From Aurantimonas sp. (GTDB taxonomy: Bacteria; Pseudomonadota; Alphaproteobacteria; Rhizobiales; Rhizobiaceae), in the NCBI GenBank assembly GCA_036252795.1, contig DASYHY010000061.1:22918-86917 (forward strand): a stretch of 64,000 nt of DNA. Direction: 5' to 3'. Position numbers and translations under genes: made by a program. Below are positions 30,036-39,354 of this stretch, piece after piece; the first letter of the stretch is position 1; the number at the start of each line of letters is the position of its first letter. The notes beneath the pieces are model-generated. The model did not search any database and had not been told where the DNA came from. It worked only from the letters and a program-made list of their open reading frames with translations.

Positions 30036-31065
30036 TCCCGACCTCAGCCTCGGCGAATTCGGCTACGCCGGCGACGACGCGGTCGTGCCATTCGGCGTCG
30101 AGGCGCTGGATGCCCGCGGCCGCGCGGTGCAACTCGGCCCGATGCTGGACAAGATCCTCAGTCGCCACGACTATCCCGAGCCGGTCGCGCGCCTGCTCGC
30201 CGAGATGATCGTGATGACCGTCCTGCTCGGCACATCGCTGAAGTTCGACGGCAAGTTCATCGCCCAGACCCAGACCGATGGCCCGGTGGATCTCCTCGTC
30301 GTGGACTTCACCACGCCGTCCAGCGTGCGGGCCTATGCCCGCTTCGACGAGGCGAAGCTGGCAGCCGCGATCGAATCCGGCGAGACCTCGTCGGAGGCGC
30401 TGCTCGGCGTCGGCGTCATGGCGCTGACGGTCGACCAGGGCGCCTACATGCAGCGCTACCAGGGGATCGTCGAACTGAACGGTGCCTCGATCGAGGAGGT
30501 GGCGGAAGGCTATTTCCGCCAGTCCGAGCAGATCCCGACTGCGATCAAGCTCGCCGTCGCCCGCATCGCACGCCGCGGCGAGCGCGGCTTCGTCGAGAGC
30601 TGGCGGGCCGGCGGGCTCATCGCCCAGTTCCTGCCCGACTCGCCGGAGCGGATGCGCATGCCGGACCTTCCGGGCGGCGACGCGCCGGAAGGGGCCGACG
30701 AGGGCGAGGGGATGTTCGAGCCGGACGACGCCTGGATCGAGGTCCGCGCGCTGGTCGACACGATCGGGGCCTCCGAGCTCGCCGACCCGGAGATCGGCGT
30801 CGAGCGCCTGCTGTTCCGCCTCTTCCACGAGCGCGGCGTGCGGGTGTTCACCCCCCATCCCGTCGACGACGAATGCTCCTGCTCGCGCGATCGGATCAAG
30901 GACGTCCTGTCGAACTTCTCCGCAACCGAGATCACCGAGAGCATCGAGGATGGCCGCATCGAGGTCACCTGCGAGTTCTGCGGCGAGGCCTACGAGTTCG
31001 ATCCGGCGGAGTTCGCGAAGGGTGAGGGCGACGGCGAAGCCGAGGGGGAGCCGGGTGAGGGCTGA
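30028..31065 (+). CDS. hslO: Hsp33 redox-regulated chaperone
   Basis: [15 protein letters not shown], zinc motif CSC...CEFC. Confidence 0.93.
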   Translation: MADPDLSLGEFGYAGDDAVVPFGVEALDARGRAVQLGPMLDKILSRHDYPEPVARLLAEMIVMTVLLGTSLKFDGKFIAQTQTDGPVDLLVVDFTTPSSVRAYARFDEAKLAAAIESGETSSEALLGVGVMALTVDQGAYMQRYQGIVELNGASIEEVAEGYFRQSEQIPTAIKLAVARIARRGERGFVESWRAGGLIAQFLPDSPERMRMPDLPGGDAPEGADEGEGMFEPDDAWIEVRALVDTIGASELADPEIGVERLLFRLFHERGVRVFTPHPVDDECSCSRDRIKDVLSNFSATEITESIEDGRIEVTCEFCGEAYEFDPAEFAKGEGDGEAEGEPGEG

Positions 31066-31083
31066 GGAGCAAGTTCGCCGCCA

Positions 31084-31100
31084 TTGACAATTTTTGCCAA
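31084..31100 (+). promoter_or_regulatory. parDE promoter/operator
   Basis: TTGACA -35 within TTGACAA-TTT-TTGCCAA (two TTGnCAA palindromes). Confidence 0.5.
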
Positions 31101-31133
31101 CGGCATCAACTTTTTCCTCCGATGGAGGTCCCG

Positions 31134-31400
31134 ATGGCGACCATGAACGTCAGTCTTCCCGCGCCGATGGTCGAGTTCGTCGAGGATCTGGTGGCCAGCG
31201 GTGGGTACGGCTCCTCCAGCGATGTCGTCCGAGAGGCGCTGCGCCTCCTGCAGGACGATCGCGCAATCGCCGAGGAGAAGGCAGCGATCCTGCGCCGCGA
31301 AGTGGGTGTCGGCCTGGATCAGGCCCGCGCGGGCCGCTTTTCCCGCCGGAGCGTTGCCGAGATCGCCGAAAGCGTGCTGCGAGAGAACGCGCGACGTTGA
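31134..31400 (+). CDS. parD: ParD-family ribbon-helix-helix antitoxin
   Basis: MNVSLP...VASGGYGSSSDVVREALRLL; GGAGG RBS. Confidence 0.9.
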   Translation: MATMNVSLPAPMVEFVEDLVASGGYGSSSDVVREALRLLQDDRAIAEEKAAILRREVGVGLDQARAGRFSRRSVAEIAESVLRENARR

Positions 31401-31786
31401 GCTTCCGGCTTACCGAGGCGGCAGACGCGGATATCGAGCGCATTCTCCGGGACACGTTCCAGCTCTTTGGACCGAGGCAGTTGCAGGCGTACGCCGCACT
31501 GATCGAACTCGCGCTTGAACGGGTCGGGACGGACCCGACGGGCCTTGGGACGGCAGAGCGGGATGAAATTGGACCCGGCGTCCGATCCCTGCACATCGAC
31601 ACTGTTGCGCCGCGTCGGGGTTCGGCGTCCCACAGCGTTTACTAACTCCCGCCTGTCGCAGGAGCGGAACCTGTCACCGTGGTCCTGCGTGTCCTTCACA
31701 ATCGCATGCAGCCCAGGAGCCGCGTGGCGTCAGTGATCCCTGATCGGGATACTTCGGCCCGCGAAAGGGACGAGCCCCTTCCCTAG
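31397..31786 (+). pseudogene. parE: ParE/RelE toxin interrupted by in-frame TAA at 31643-31645
   Basis: TTG overlaps the parD stop; FRLTEAADADIERI N-terminus; the same frame continues after the TAA with VTVVLRVLHNRMQP. Confidence 0.8.
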
Positions 31787-32175
31787 TTCAACACCCGCGA
31801 CCGTGCCGGCAGATCCAGCGAGAAGGCCGGGATCTCGACCTCGAAGAGGCCGCCGTCCACGGCCTGCATGCGGTAGTGGCCGCGCATGAAGCCCGACGGC
31901 GTCGTCAGCGGGCATCCCGACGTGTAGGTGAAGCTGTCGCCGGGCGACAATGTCGGCTGCTCGCCGACCACGCCCGGCCCCTCGACCTCCTCGACGCGGC
32001 CGTTGGCGTCGGTGATGTGCCAGTATCGTGACTTGAGTTGAACGGCGTCGTCGCCGCCGTTCTCGATCTCGACCGTATAGGCCCAGACCCACCGCCCGTC
32101 CTCGGGGTCGGACTGGTCGTCGAGGTAGGTGGGCGTCACGCTGACCGTGATCGCCCTCGTCGTCGCCTTGTACAT
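31783..32175 (-). CDS. apaG: ApaG (DUF525) protein
   Basis: [23 protein letters not shown]...GFMRG. Confidence 0.95.
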   Translation of the reverse strand: MYKATTRAITVSVTPTYLDDQSDPEDGRWVWAYTVEIENGGDDAVQLKSRYWHITDANGRVEEVEGPGVVGEQPTLSPGDSFTYTSGCPLTTPSGFMRGHYRMQAVDGGLFEVEIPAFSLDLPARSRVLN

Positions 32176-32268
32176 CAGGGGTCCCGGCTGTCTTGCGCGT
32201 CGCTGCGGCGTATCTTATCGCGGCGCGAACCGGCCGGGTCAACGGGCGGCCAATTGCAGGGAAGAGCT

Positions 32269-32874
32269 TTGCTGGACGGCGTCCTGAAGAAGCGGATCGA
32301 TCCGCCGATCGCCCGGCTGGCCGCGATCTCCTGCCGCCTTGGGATCGGTGCCGACGCGGTGACGGTGGCGGGCCTGGTTCTGGGGCTTGCCGCTGCCGGC
32401 GCCATCGCCGCGGGCCGGCTCTGGCTCGGCCTCGCCCTGATCCTCGCCTCGCGCCTCGCCGACGGACTGGACGGCGCCGTCGCCCGGCTGACCCGCCGGA
32501 CCGATCGCGGCGGCTATCTCGACATCGTCTTCGACTACATCTTCTACGGCGCGATCCCGCTCGCCTTCGCCGTGCTCGATCCCGCTGCCAACGCGCTGCC
32601 CACCGCCGTGCTGCTGGCGAGCTTCTACGCCAATGGTGCGAGCTTCCTCGCCTTCGCGGTGATGGCCGAGAAGCGCGGGCTGTCCACCGAGCAGCGGGGG
32701 GCGAAGTCGCTGTATTTCTCGACCGGGCTGGCGGAGGCGAGCGAGACCATCGCGACCTTCGTGCTGTTCTGCCTGCTGCCGGACCATTTCGCCGTCATCG
32801 CCTATGTCTTCGCGGCGATGACGGCGTGGACCTGCGTGTCGCGCATCCGGCTGAGCGTGAGCCTCTTCCGCTGA
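32269..32874 (+). CDS. CDP-alcohol phosphatidyltransferase family protein (YnjF-like)
   Basis: DGLDGAVAR...GGYLDIVFD signature; probable TTG start. Confidence 0.85.
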   Translation: MLDGVLKKRIDPPIARLAAISCRLGIGADAVTVAGLVLGLAAAGAIAAGRLWLGLALILASRLADGLDGAVARLTRRTDRGGYLDIVFDYIFYGAIPLAFAVLDPAANALPTAVLLASFYANGASFLAFAVMAEKRGLSTEQRGAKSLYFSTGLAEASETIATFVLFCLLPDHFAVIAYVFAAMTAWTCVSRIRLSVSLFR

Positions 32875-32878
32875 CGTC

Positions 32879-34075
32879 TCAGATCGCCGCCAGCGCGGCG
32901 TCGATGTCCTCGAGCAGATCCTCGACGTCCTCGATGCCGACCGAAAGCCGCAGCATCCCGTCCGAGATGCCGAGTTCGGTCCGCGCCTCGGGCGTCAGGT
33001 TCTTGTGCGTCGTCGTCGCGGGATGCGTGATCAGCGTCTTGGCGTCGCCGAGATTGTTGGAGATCAGCACGATCTTCAGCGCGTTGGAAAAGGCGAAGGC
33101 GGCCTTCTTGCCGCCCTTCAGCTCGAAGGCGAGCAGCGTCGAGCCGCCGCTCATCTGCCGGGCGATGATCGCCGCGTCCGGGTGGTCGGCGCGGCCCGGA
33201 TACAGCACCTTCGCCACTGCCGGTCGCTCGGCGAGGTGATCGGCGATCCGTCCCGCGCTCGCCGTCTGCTGCGCCACCCGCAGCGGCAGCGTCTCCAGCC
33301 CCTTGAGCAGCGTCCAGGCGTTGAAGGGCGAGAGCGACGGGCCGGTGTGGCGGAAATAGTCGTGGAGGTTCTCGTCGATCCACGCCTTGGAGGAGAGGAT
33401 GACGCCGCCGAGACAACGGCCCTGGCCGTCGATGTGCTTGGTGGCCGAATAGACCACCACGTCGGCGCCGAGTTCGAGCGGGCGCTGCTGCATCGGTGTC
33501 GCGAAGACGTTGTCGACGACGAGGCGGGCGCCGGCCGCATGGGCGATCTCCGCGACCGCCGGAATGTCGATCACCTCCAGCGTCGGATTGGTCGGCGTCT
33601 CCATGAAGAACACCTTCGTCTCCGGCCGCACTGCGTCGCGCCATTCGTCAAGATTGCGGCCGTCGACCAGCGTGCAGGCGACGCCGCAGCGGGCCATCAC
33701 CGTCTCGACGACGTAGCGGCAGGACCCGAACAGCGCCCGTGCGGCGACGACGTGGTCGCCGGCCTTCACCTGGCACTGGATCGCCGCGGCGACGGCGGCC
33801 ATGCCGGAGGCGGTGGCGCGCGCGTCCTCGGCGCCTTCCAGCGCCATCATCCGCTCCTCGAACATCCGCGTCGTCGGATTGGCGTAGCGGCTGTAGATGA
33901 AGCCGGGCTCCTCGCCCTTGAAGCGCGCCTCGGCGGCCTCCGCACTGTCGTAGACGAAGCCCTGCGTGAGGAAGAGCGCTTCGGACGTCTCGCCGAAGCC
34001 CGAACGGGCCGTGCCGGCATGGACCATCGCGGTGGCGGGCCGCAGCTTGCGGTCGGCATCCGTCTTCTTCAGCAT
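32879..34075 (-). CDS. metZ: O-succinylhomoserine sulfhydrylase
   Basis: YSRYANPT, YSATKHIDGQGR (PLP Lys), NNLGDAK; SAM riboswitch upstream. Confidence 0.93.
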   Translation of the reverse strand: MLKKTDADRKLRPATAMVHAGTARSGFGETSEALFLTQGFVYDSAEAAEARFKGEEPGFIYSRYANPTTRMFEERMMALEGAEDARATASGMAAVAAAIQCQVKAGDHVVAARALFGSCRYVVETVMARCGVACTLVDGRNLDEWRDAVRPETKVFFMETPTNPTLEVIDIPAVAEIAHAAGARLVVDNVFATPMQQRPLELGADVVVYSATKHIDGQGRCLGGVILSSKAWIDENLHDYFRHTGPSLSPFNAWTLLKGLETLPLRVAQQTASAGRIADHLAERPAVAKVLYPGRADHPDAAIIARQMSGGSTLLAFELKGGKKAAFAFSNALKIVLISNNLGDAKTLITHPATTTHKNLTPEARTELGISDGMLRLSVGIEDVEDLLEDIDAALAAI

Positions 34076-34091
34076 GGCATCGTCTCCGAAC

Positions 34092-34129
34092 AAAAATAAA
34101 CCGGCTGCCGCGTCGCCGCGAAGCCGGTT
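34092..34129 (-). terminator. Terminator-like hairpin in the metZ leader
   Basis: Minus strand AACCGGCT...AGCCGGTT followed by TATTTTTG. Confidence 0.6.
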
Positions 34130-34160
34130 GGTCGAAGGCGCGAGGGCCATATCGTCAAAC

Positions 34161-34220
34161 GGCCCTTTAGCGACTTGTTTTGAGTGGCTGCAAGCCGGCC
34201 GGCCAAATCACCACTAGGGA
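34161..34220 (-). ncRNA. SAM-II (SAM_alpha) riboswitch
   Basis: Minus strand GUGGUGAUUUGGCCGGCCGGCUUGCAGCCAC...AAACAAGUCGCUAAAGGG matches the SAM-II pattern; upstream of metZ. Confidence 0.92.
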
Positions 34221-34295
34221 TTTGCAAATAGACCCGATGCCGTTACGCGTCAATCGACGGCGCCATGCGCCGCGACGTTGAGGGGAATGCACTCC

Positions 34296-35384
34296 ATGCA
34301 GGGCGGAATTCTGCCGGACCGCGAGATCGCGGCGCTGTTCGAGACGGGCGCCATCGCCGCGCCGCTGGCGCGCGACGGCGACCAGATCCAGCCGGCGAGC
34401 CTCGACCTCAGGCTCGGGCCGAAGGCGTACCGCGTGCGGGCGAGCTTCCTGCCGGGGGCGGGACAGACCGTCGCGGCCAAGCTCGAGCGCTTCTCGCTGC
34501 ACGAGTTCAGCCTGACGGAGGGTGCGGTGCTGGAGACCGGCTGCGTCTATGTCGTGCCGCTGCTGGAAGCGCTCCGGCTGCCCGAGGGCGTGCGGGCGAC
34601 GGCGAACCCCAAATCCTCCACCGGCCGGCTCGACATCTTCACCCGCGTCCTGACCGATGGCGCGCAGGAATTCGACAAGCTGCCGGCGGGCTACGAGGGC
34701 CCGCTGTATGTCGAGATCTCGCCGCGCACCTTCCCGATCCTGGTGCGTCAGGGCTCGCGCCTGTCGCAGATCCGCTTCCGCACCGGCGAGCCGCTGCTGG
34801 CCGAAACGGAGCTGGCGGCGCTGCATGCGTCGGAGCGGCTGACCTCGGCGCCCGGCGCCAACATTTCCGGCGGCGGCATCGCCCTGTCGATCGACCTGAC
34901 CGGAGATGCGGCGGGCGAAGCGCTGGTCGGCTATCGCGGCAAGCGCCATACCGGTGTCGTCGACGTCGACAGGCGCGGCGCGTATCGCCTGGCCGATTTC
35001 TGGGAGCCGATCCATCGCAGCCCGGGCGGCGAACTGATCCTCGACCCGGACGAATTCTACATCCTCGCCTCGAAGGAAGCGGTGCATGTGCCGCCGGATT
35101 TCGCCGCCGAGATGACCCCCTTCGATCCGCTGGTCGGCGAGTTCCGCGTCCACTATGCCGGCTTCTTCGATCCAGGCTTCGGCCATTCCGCCGCCGGCGG
35201 CACCGGCAGCCGCGCGGTTCTGGAGGTCCGCAGCCACGACGTGCCCTTCATCCTGGAGGACGGCCAGATCGTCGGCCGCCTGGTCTACGAACACATGCAG
35301 GCGCGGCCCGACCGGCTCTACGGCCTCGACCTGAAGTCCAGCTACCAGGCGCAGGGGCTGAAGCTGTCGAAGCACTTCCTCTGA
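34296..35384 (+). CDS. dcd: dCTP deaminase (long alphaproteobacterial form)
   Basis: QIQPASLDLRLG, NPKSSTGRLD, HYAGFFDPGFG, YQAQGLKLSKHF. Confidence 0.9.
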   Translation: MQGGILPDREIAALFETGAIAAPLARDGDQIQPASLDLRLGPKAYRVRASFLPGAGQTVAAKLERFSLHEFSLTEGAVLETGCVYVVPLLEALRLPEGVRATANPKSSTGRLDIFTRVLTDGAQEFDKLPAGYEGPLYVEISPRTFPILVRQGSRLSQIRFRTGEPLLAETELAALHASERLTSAPGANISGGGIALSIDLTGDAAGEALVGYRGKRHTGVVDVDRRGAYRLADFWEPIHRSPGGELILDPDEFYILASKEAVHVPPDFAAEMTPFDPLVGEFRVHYAGFFDPGFGHSAAGGTGSRAVLEVRSHDVPFILEDGQIVGRLVYEHMQARPDRLYGLDLKSSYQAQGLKLSKHFL

Positions 35385-35506
35385 GCGCCTCGCGAATAAA
35401 CTGTCGCGGCGCCCGTCGCGCCTATGGAACGGGGGCAGCGCGTGGCCTATGTTCCGTGACGGCGGGCTGCGCGGTGCGACAGGGGTGACATTTGCTCGGG
35501 GCCTTA

Positions 35507-35663
35507 GTCTTCCCCAGGGAGCTGTCCCTGCCTTGGCTCGTGGGCCGGGGCACACGGCGCCCACCTACTCTGTAGGTTCCCGGGATCGACTACTCCATCG
35601 GCCGGGTGGCTCGCCGCTTCTCTTTCCATTCCCGGCGGAATCGGACAGGTCTCCCTCAGGAGG
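35507..35663 (+). ncRNA. ssrS: 6S RNA
   Basis: CTACT..GTAGGTTCCCGGGATCGAC core; 5' CTTCCCCAGGGAGCTGTCC pairs with 3' GGACAGGTCTCCCTCAGGAG; directly upstream of ygfA. Confidence 0.85.
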
Positions 35664-35671
35664 CGACGCCG

Positions 35672-36271
35672 ATGCGCGATGACATGTCCGAACAGAAGGC
35701 GCAGATGCGCCGCGCGGCGCTGGGCCGGCGCGACGCGATGAGCGAAGAGGCACGGATCGAGGCCTCCCTCGCCGTCGCCGATCATGTCGCGGCGCTCGTC
35801 GAGATCACCCCCGGCATGGCGGTTTCGGGTTTTCTGCCGATCCGCTCCGAGATCGACGTCAGGCCGCTGATGATGCTGCTCGCCGATCGCGGTGCGCGCC
35901 TCTGCGTGCCGGCCATCGTCGAGGGCAGGCTGGTGTTTCGCCATCTGGTGAGGGGCGCGCCGCTCGAGCCGCAGGGCTTCGGCACCTACGCGCCGGGTGC
36001 CGACGCGGCCATCCTCGACCCCGAGCTCATGCTGGTGCCGCTGGCGGCCTTCGACCGCGGCGGCGGCCGGCTCGGCTATGGCCGGGGCTACTACGACACC
36101 GCCATCGCCGGCCTGCGCGCCAAGGGGATGACGCCGCGTCTCGTCGGCATCGCCTTCGCGGCGCAGGAGGTCGACCACGTGAGGATGGAGGCGCACGACA
36201 TCCCGCTGGACGTCGTCGTCACCGAGCAGGGCGTCGTCGCCGGAGCGGCGGAACCCATCGCACGGGGCTGA
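35672..36271 (+). CDS. ygfA: 5-formyltetrahydrofolate cyclo-ligase
   Basis: VPLAAFDRGGGRLGYGRGYYD, HDIPLD. Confidence 0.93.
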   Translation: MRDDMSEQKAQMRRAALGRRDAMSEEARIEASLAVADHVAALVEITPGMAVSGFLPIRSEIDVRPLMMLLADRGARLCVPAIVEGRLVFRHLVRGAPLEPQGFGTYAPGADAAILDPELMLVPLAAFDRGGGRLGYGRGYYDTAIAGLRAKGMTPRLVGIAFAAQEVDHVRMEAHDIPLDVVVTEQGVVAGAAEPIARG

Positions 36272-36805
36272 TCAGCCCCTGCGCTTCACCTGCGTGCCGA
36301 GGATCATCGCCCAATAGGGCTGGCCGTTGCGGCCGGTCGCTGCGGCGAAACCGATGTCCGTCACCTCCGGCTTCAGGAGGTTGCGCCGGTGCCCGGCCGA
36401 GTTTTCCCAGCCGCTGATCACCGCTGCGGTCGACGGGTAGTTCCAGCCGATATTCTCCGCGACGCTGCCATAGTTGTAGCCGTAGGCCTTCACCCGAGCC
36501 GGCAGCGCGCCCTCGACCGAATGGCTGAGCTTGCCGCGTGCGGCCATCGCGCGGGCCTGCCGCGTCGCCGCCTCGTCGAGGACCGCGCTGTAGCGCAGCG
36601 CCGGCAGTCCGTGGGTCGAGCGGAACGCGTTGACCCGGGCGAGCCCGGCGGTCCGGTCGACGGAAATCTCCTTGGTGCTGCCGACGTCGATGGACCCGGG
36701 CGTGCCGCCGGTGCAGGCCGCCAGGAGTCCCATGCCCGCCATGGCCGCGAAGAGCATCAGCCGGTGCCTTGCCGCACCCAGCCAGATCGTTGTTGCCGAA
36801 CGCAT
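36272..36805 (-). CDS. CAP (SCP/PR-1) domain lipoprotein
   Basis: Lipobox LLAAC, AENIG, WENSAGHRRNLL. Confidence 0.88.
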   Translation of the reverse strand: MRSATTIWLGAARHRLMLFAAMAGMGLLAACTGGTPGSIDVGSTKEISVDRTAGLARVNAFRSTHGLPALRYSAVLDEAATRQARAMAARGKLSHSVEGALPARVKAYGYNYGSVAENIGWNYPSTAAVISGWENSAGHRRNLLKPEVTDIGFAAATGRNGQPYWAMILGTQVKRRG

Positions 36806-36941
36806 TCGTTTTCCTCGTCTCGTGAGCCGCCAGGCATCCGCCGCCTTGCCGGCCTGTCCTTTCTAAGTCCCGCAGCCGTCCTAGCTTCGCGGGCAATCGA
36901 TGCCTTGCCGCCGAAGCACGACAATTCTGGGACGCACCATC

Positions 36942-37595
36942 ATGATCGACCTCTACACCTGGCAGACGCCGAACGGCGAAAAGCCCGTCATCATGCTGGA
37001 GGAATGCTCAATGGAGTATGACCTCCATCTGATCGACATTGCGACGAATGCGCAGAAGAACCCGGACTTCCTCGCGATCAATCCCAATGGCAGGATACCC
37101 GCCATCGTCGATCGGACCGATGGAACGGAGCAGCGGGTCTTCGAGTCAGGCGCGATCCTGATCTACCTCGCCGAGAAGGCGGGGCGGTTTCTTCCGGCGT
37201 CCGGACCGGAGCGCGCGGAGACGCTCTCCTGGACCTTCTTCCAGGTCGGCAACACCGGCCCGATGCTGGGACAGTGGCATCATTTCACTGCCGCCGCGAA
37301 GGACAAGATTCCCTATGCGATCGAGCGGTATCGCGACGAATCGCTTCGCGTCCTCGGTGTCCTCGACGAGCACCTGAAGGACAACGACTATCTCGCCGGC
37401 GGGTATTCCATCGCCGACATGATCAATTTCGGCTGGGCCCGCGCTGGCGTGGCGGGCCTGAAAGGCCAGGGGGCGGAGGAGTTCAAGGCGTTGAAGGCGT
37501 GGATCGGGCGGGTCGGCGAGCGCGAGCCGGTGAAGAAGGCCCTCCTCAAGCTCGATCACGCCAAGCGCGCGATCAAGCCGGTCGAAAAGGTCTGA
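36942..37595 (+). CDS. Glutathione S-transferase family (YfcG-like)
   Basis: TPNG, NPNGRIPAI, FESGAILIYLAEK, YSIADM. Confidence 0.92.
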   Translation: MIDLYTWQTPNGEKPVIMLEECSMEYDLHLIDIATNAQKNPDFLAINPNGRIPAIVDRTDGTEQRVFESGAILIYLAEKAGRFLPASGPERAETLSWTFFQVGNTGPMLGQWHHFTAAAKDKIPYAIERYRDESLRVLGVLDEHLKDNDYLAGGYSIADMINFGWARAGVAGLKGQGAEEFKALKAWIGRVGEREPVKKALLKLDHAKRAIKPVEKV

Positions 37596-38416
37596 TGCGC
37601 TTCCTGTTTCTGGGCGACATGGTCGGCCGCACCGGCCGTACCGCCGTCTACGAGAAGCTTCCCGGCCTGATCGCGGACTGGCGCCTCGACTTCGTCGTGG
37701 TGAACGGCGAGAACGCGGCGGGCGGCTTCGGCATCACCGAAGACATCTTTAACGCCACGCTCGCCGCCGGCGCCGACGTCGTGACCACTGGCAACCACGT
37801 CTGGGACCAGCGCGAGGCGTTGAGCTTCGCGCCGCGCGAGCCGCGATTCCTGCGCCCTGCCAATTATCCTAAAGGCGCGCCCGGCAGCGGATCCGGCCTC
37901 TTCGAGGCGAAGAACGGGGCGCGGGTGCTGGTCGCCAACATAATGGGCCGGGTGTTCATGTCGCCGGATCTCGACGATCCGTTCGCCGCGGCCGAGCATC
38001 TCGTCTCGACCTGTCCGCTGGGCGAGCAGGCGGACGCGATCGTCTTCGACTTCCACGCCGAGGCGACCAGCGAGAAGCAGTGCTTCGGGCATTTCCTGGA
38101 CGGCCGTGTCAGCGTGGTGGTCGGCACTCACACCCACGTGCCGACCGCCGACCACCAGATCCTCGTCGGCGGTACCGCCTACCAGTCGGATGCCGGCATG
38201 TGCGGCGACTACGATTCCTCGCTCGGCATGGAGAAGGAGGAGCCGATCAACCGCTTCGTCACCAAGCTGCCGCGCGGCCGCTACGAGGCGGCGCAGGGAC
38301 CGGCGACACTCTGCGGCCTGGCCGTCGAGATTTCCGACCGCACGGGGTTGGCGGAGAAGGTCTCGCCCGTCCGCATCGGCCCGCGGCTGGCGGCGGCCAT
38401 GCCGGACTTCTGGTAG
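37595..38416 (+). CDS. YmdB-family (TIGR00282) metallophosphoesterase
   Basis: GDMVG, NGEN, TGNHVWD, DFHAEATSEK, GTHTHV. Confidence 0.93.
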   Translation: MRFLFLGDMVGRTGRTAVYEKLPGLIADWRLDFVVVNGENAAGGFGITEDIFNATLAAGADVVTTGNHVWDQREALSFAPREPRFLRPANYPKGAPGSGSGLFEAKNGARVLVANIMGRVFMSPDLDDPFAAAEHLVSTCPLGEQADAIVFDFHAEATSEKQCFGHFLDGRVSVVVGTHTHVPTADHQILVGGTAYQSDAGMCGDYDSSLGMEKEEPINRFVTKLPRGRYEAAQGPATLCGLAVEISDRTGLAEKVSPVRIGPRLAAAMPDFW

Positions 38417-38463
38417 TGGTCTCCTATCCAGACTAATTGGAATGGAAGGCACGCTTTCGTCGT

Positions 38464-38907
38464 TCAGGGCATCCCGGCAAGGTTGTAGACCGGCACCCCG
38501 AGGGGGTCGAAGTGCCGCACATTCTCGGTCAGGATGGCTAGATCGTGGGCCCGGGCCGTGCCTGCGATGGCCACGTCACAAAAGCCGGGGTGTCGACCCA
38601 CTGCGGTTGCGGCGTCGGAAATTTCTCCCGCGGCTTCGGCAGCCTCCACCCCGAACGGGAGCACTCGATCTCCGTAGGCGGCTCGGAAACCCAGCATCCA
38701 TTCTTCGATTGCATCGGCTTTCGCCGTCGAGTGGTTGCGGCGCAACTTGCAGATGCCTTGTCGGATCTCGGCGAGCGTGATCGTCGAGAGATATAGCTGG
38801 GATACGTGGGCGCGGAGTTTGTCGGCCGCGCCATCGGGTAGGTCTGGTCTTCTCCCCGGAGAGAGAAGAGAGAGCGTCGAGGTGTCGATCAGAAAGCCGC
38901 TCGTCAC
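38464..38907 (-). CDS. PIN-domain VapC/FitB-like toxin
   Basis: LIDTS, LAEI, CDVAIA, TENVRHF; GTG overlaps the antitoxin stop. Confidence 0.88.
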   Translation of the reverse strand: MTSGFLIDTSTLSLLSPGRRPDLPDGAADKLRAHVSQLYLSTITLAEIRQGICKLRRNHSTAKADAIEEWMLGFRAAYGDRVLPFGVEAAEAAGEISDAATAVGRHPGFCDVAIAGTARAHDLAILTENVRHFDPLGVPVYNLAGMP

Positions 38908-39320
38908 AGGTCAATTGACCGCATGGGCGTCTGATCACGATCAAACTCGTCTCCCCCGGGGAAAGCCATCAGGAACTCCGCAAAATCGGTTTTGCCGGGG
39001 TAAATGCGCCGCGCTACATCCACCGGGACCATGACCGCGGCAGGTCGGCCGTGTTTGGTGATTGTCGTAGGCTCGCCTCTTTCAGCGGCCTCGACCAACG
39101 CTGAGAAGCTCGCTTTCGCGTTCCTTACCTGGACGGTCTGCATCCCGGGGCCGCGGCGGGTGGAAGGCATGGGCTTGCCCTTGTATCCGGTCAACTCCAT
39201 TCCAGCCTTGCCACCACGGGGGCCGACCATATCGTACGGGCCTCTTCCTGACTTGGAACCTTTGCCCAACCGCAAAGGTGCATCCTGTCCCGGCCCTGAA
39301 GGGGGCGCCTTTTTTGCCAT
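38904..39320 (-). CDS. Phd/YefM antitoxin with N-terminal YjzC-like extension
   Basis: Phd core VRNAKASFSALVEAAERGEPTTITKHGRPAAVMV from Met 39143; AAGGAG RBS at upstream ATG 39320 in the same frame. Confidence 0.82.
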   Translation of the reverse strand: MAKKAPPSGPGQDAPLRLGKGSKSGRGPYDMVGPRGGKAGMELTGYKGKPMPSTRRGPGMQTVQVRNAKASFSALVEAAERGEPTTITKHGRPAAVMVPVDVARRIYPGKTDFAEFLMAFPGGDEFDRDQTPMRSIDL

Positions 39321-39332
39321 GGGTAAAACTCC

Positions 39333-39354
39333 TTATGACCACATGTAGTCATAA
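39333..39354. promoter_or_regulatory. Palindromic operator of the TA operon
   Basis: TTATGAC-C-ACATGT-A-GTCATAA, overlapping the -10/start region and next to the RBS. Confidence 0.75.
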
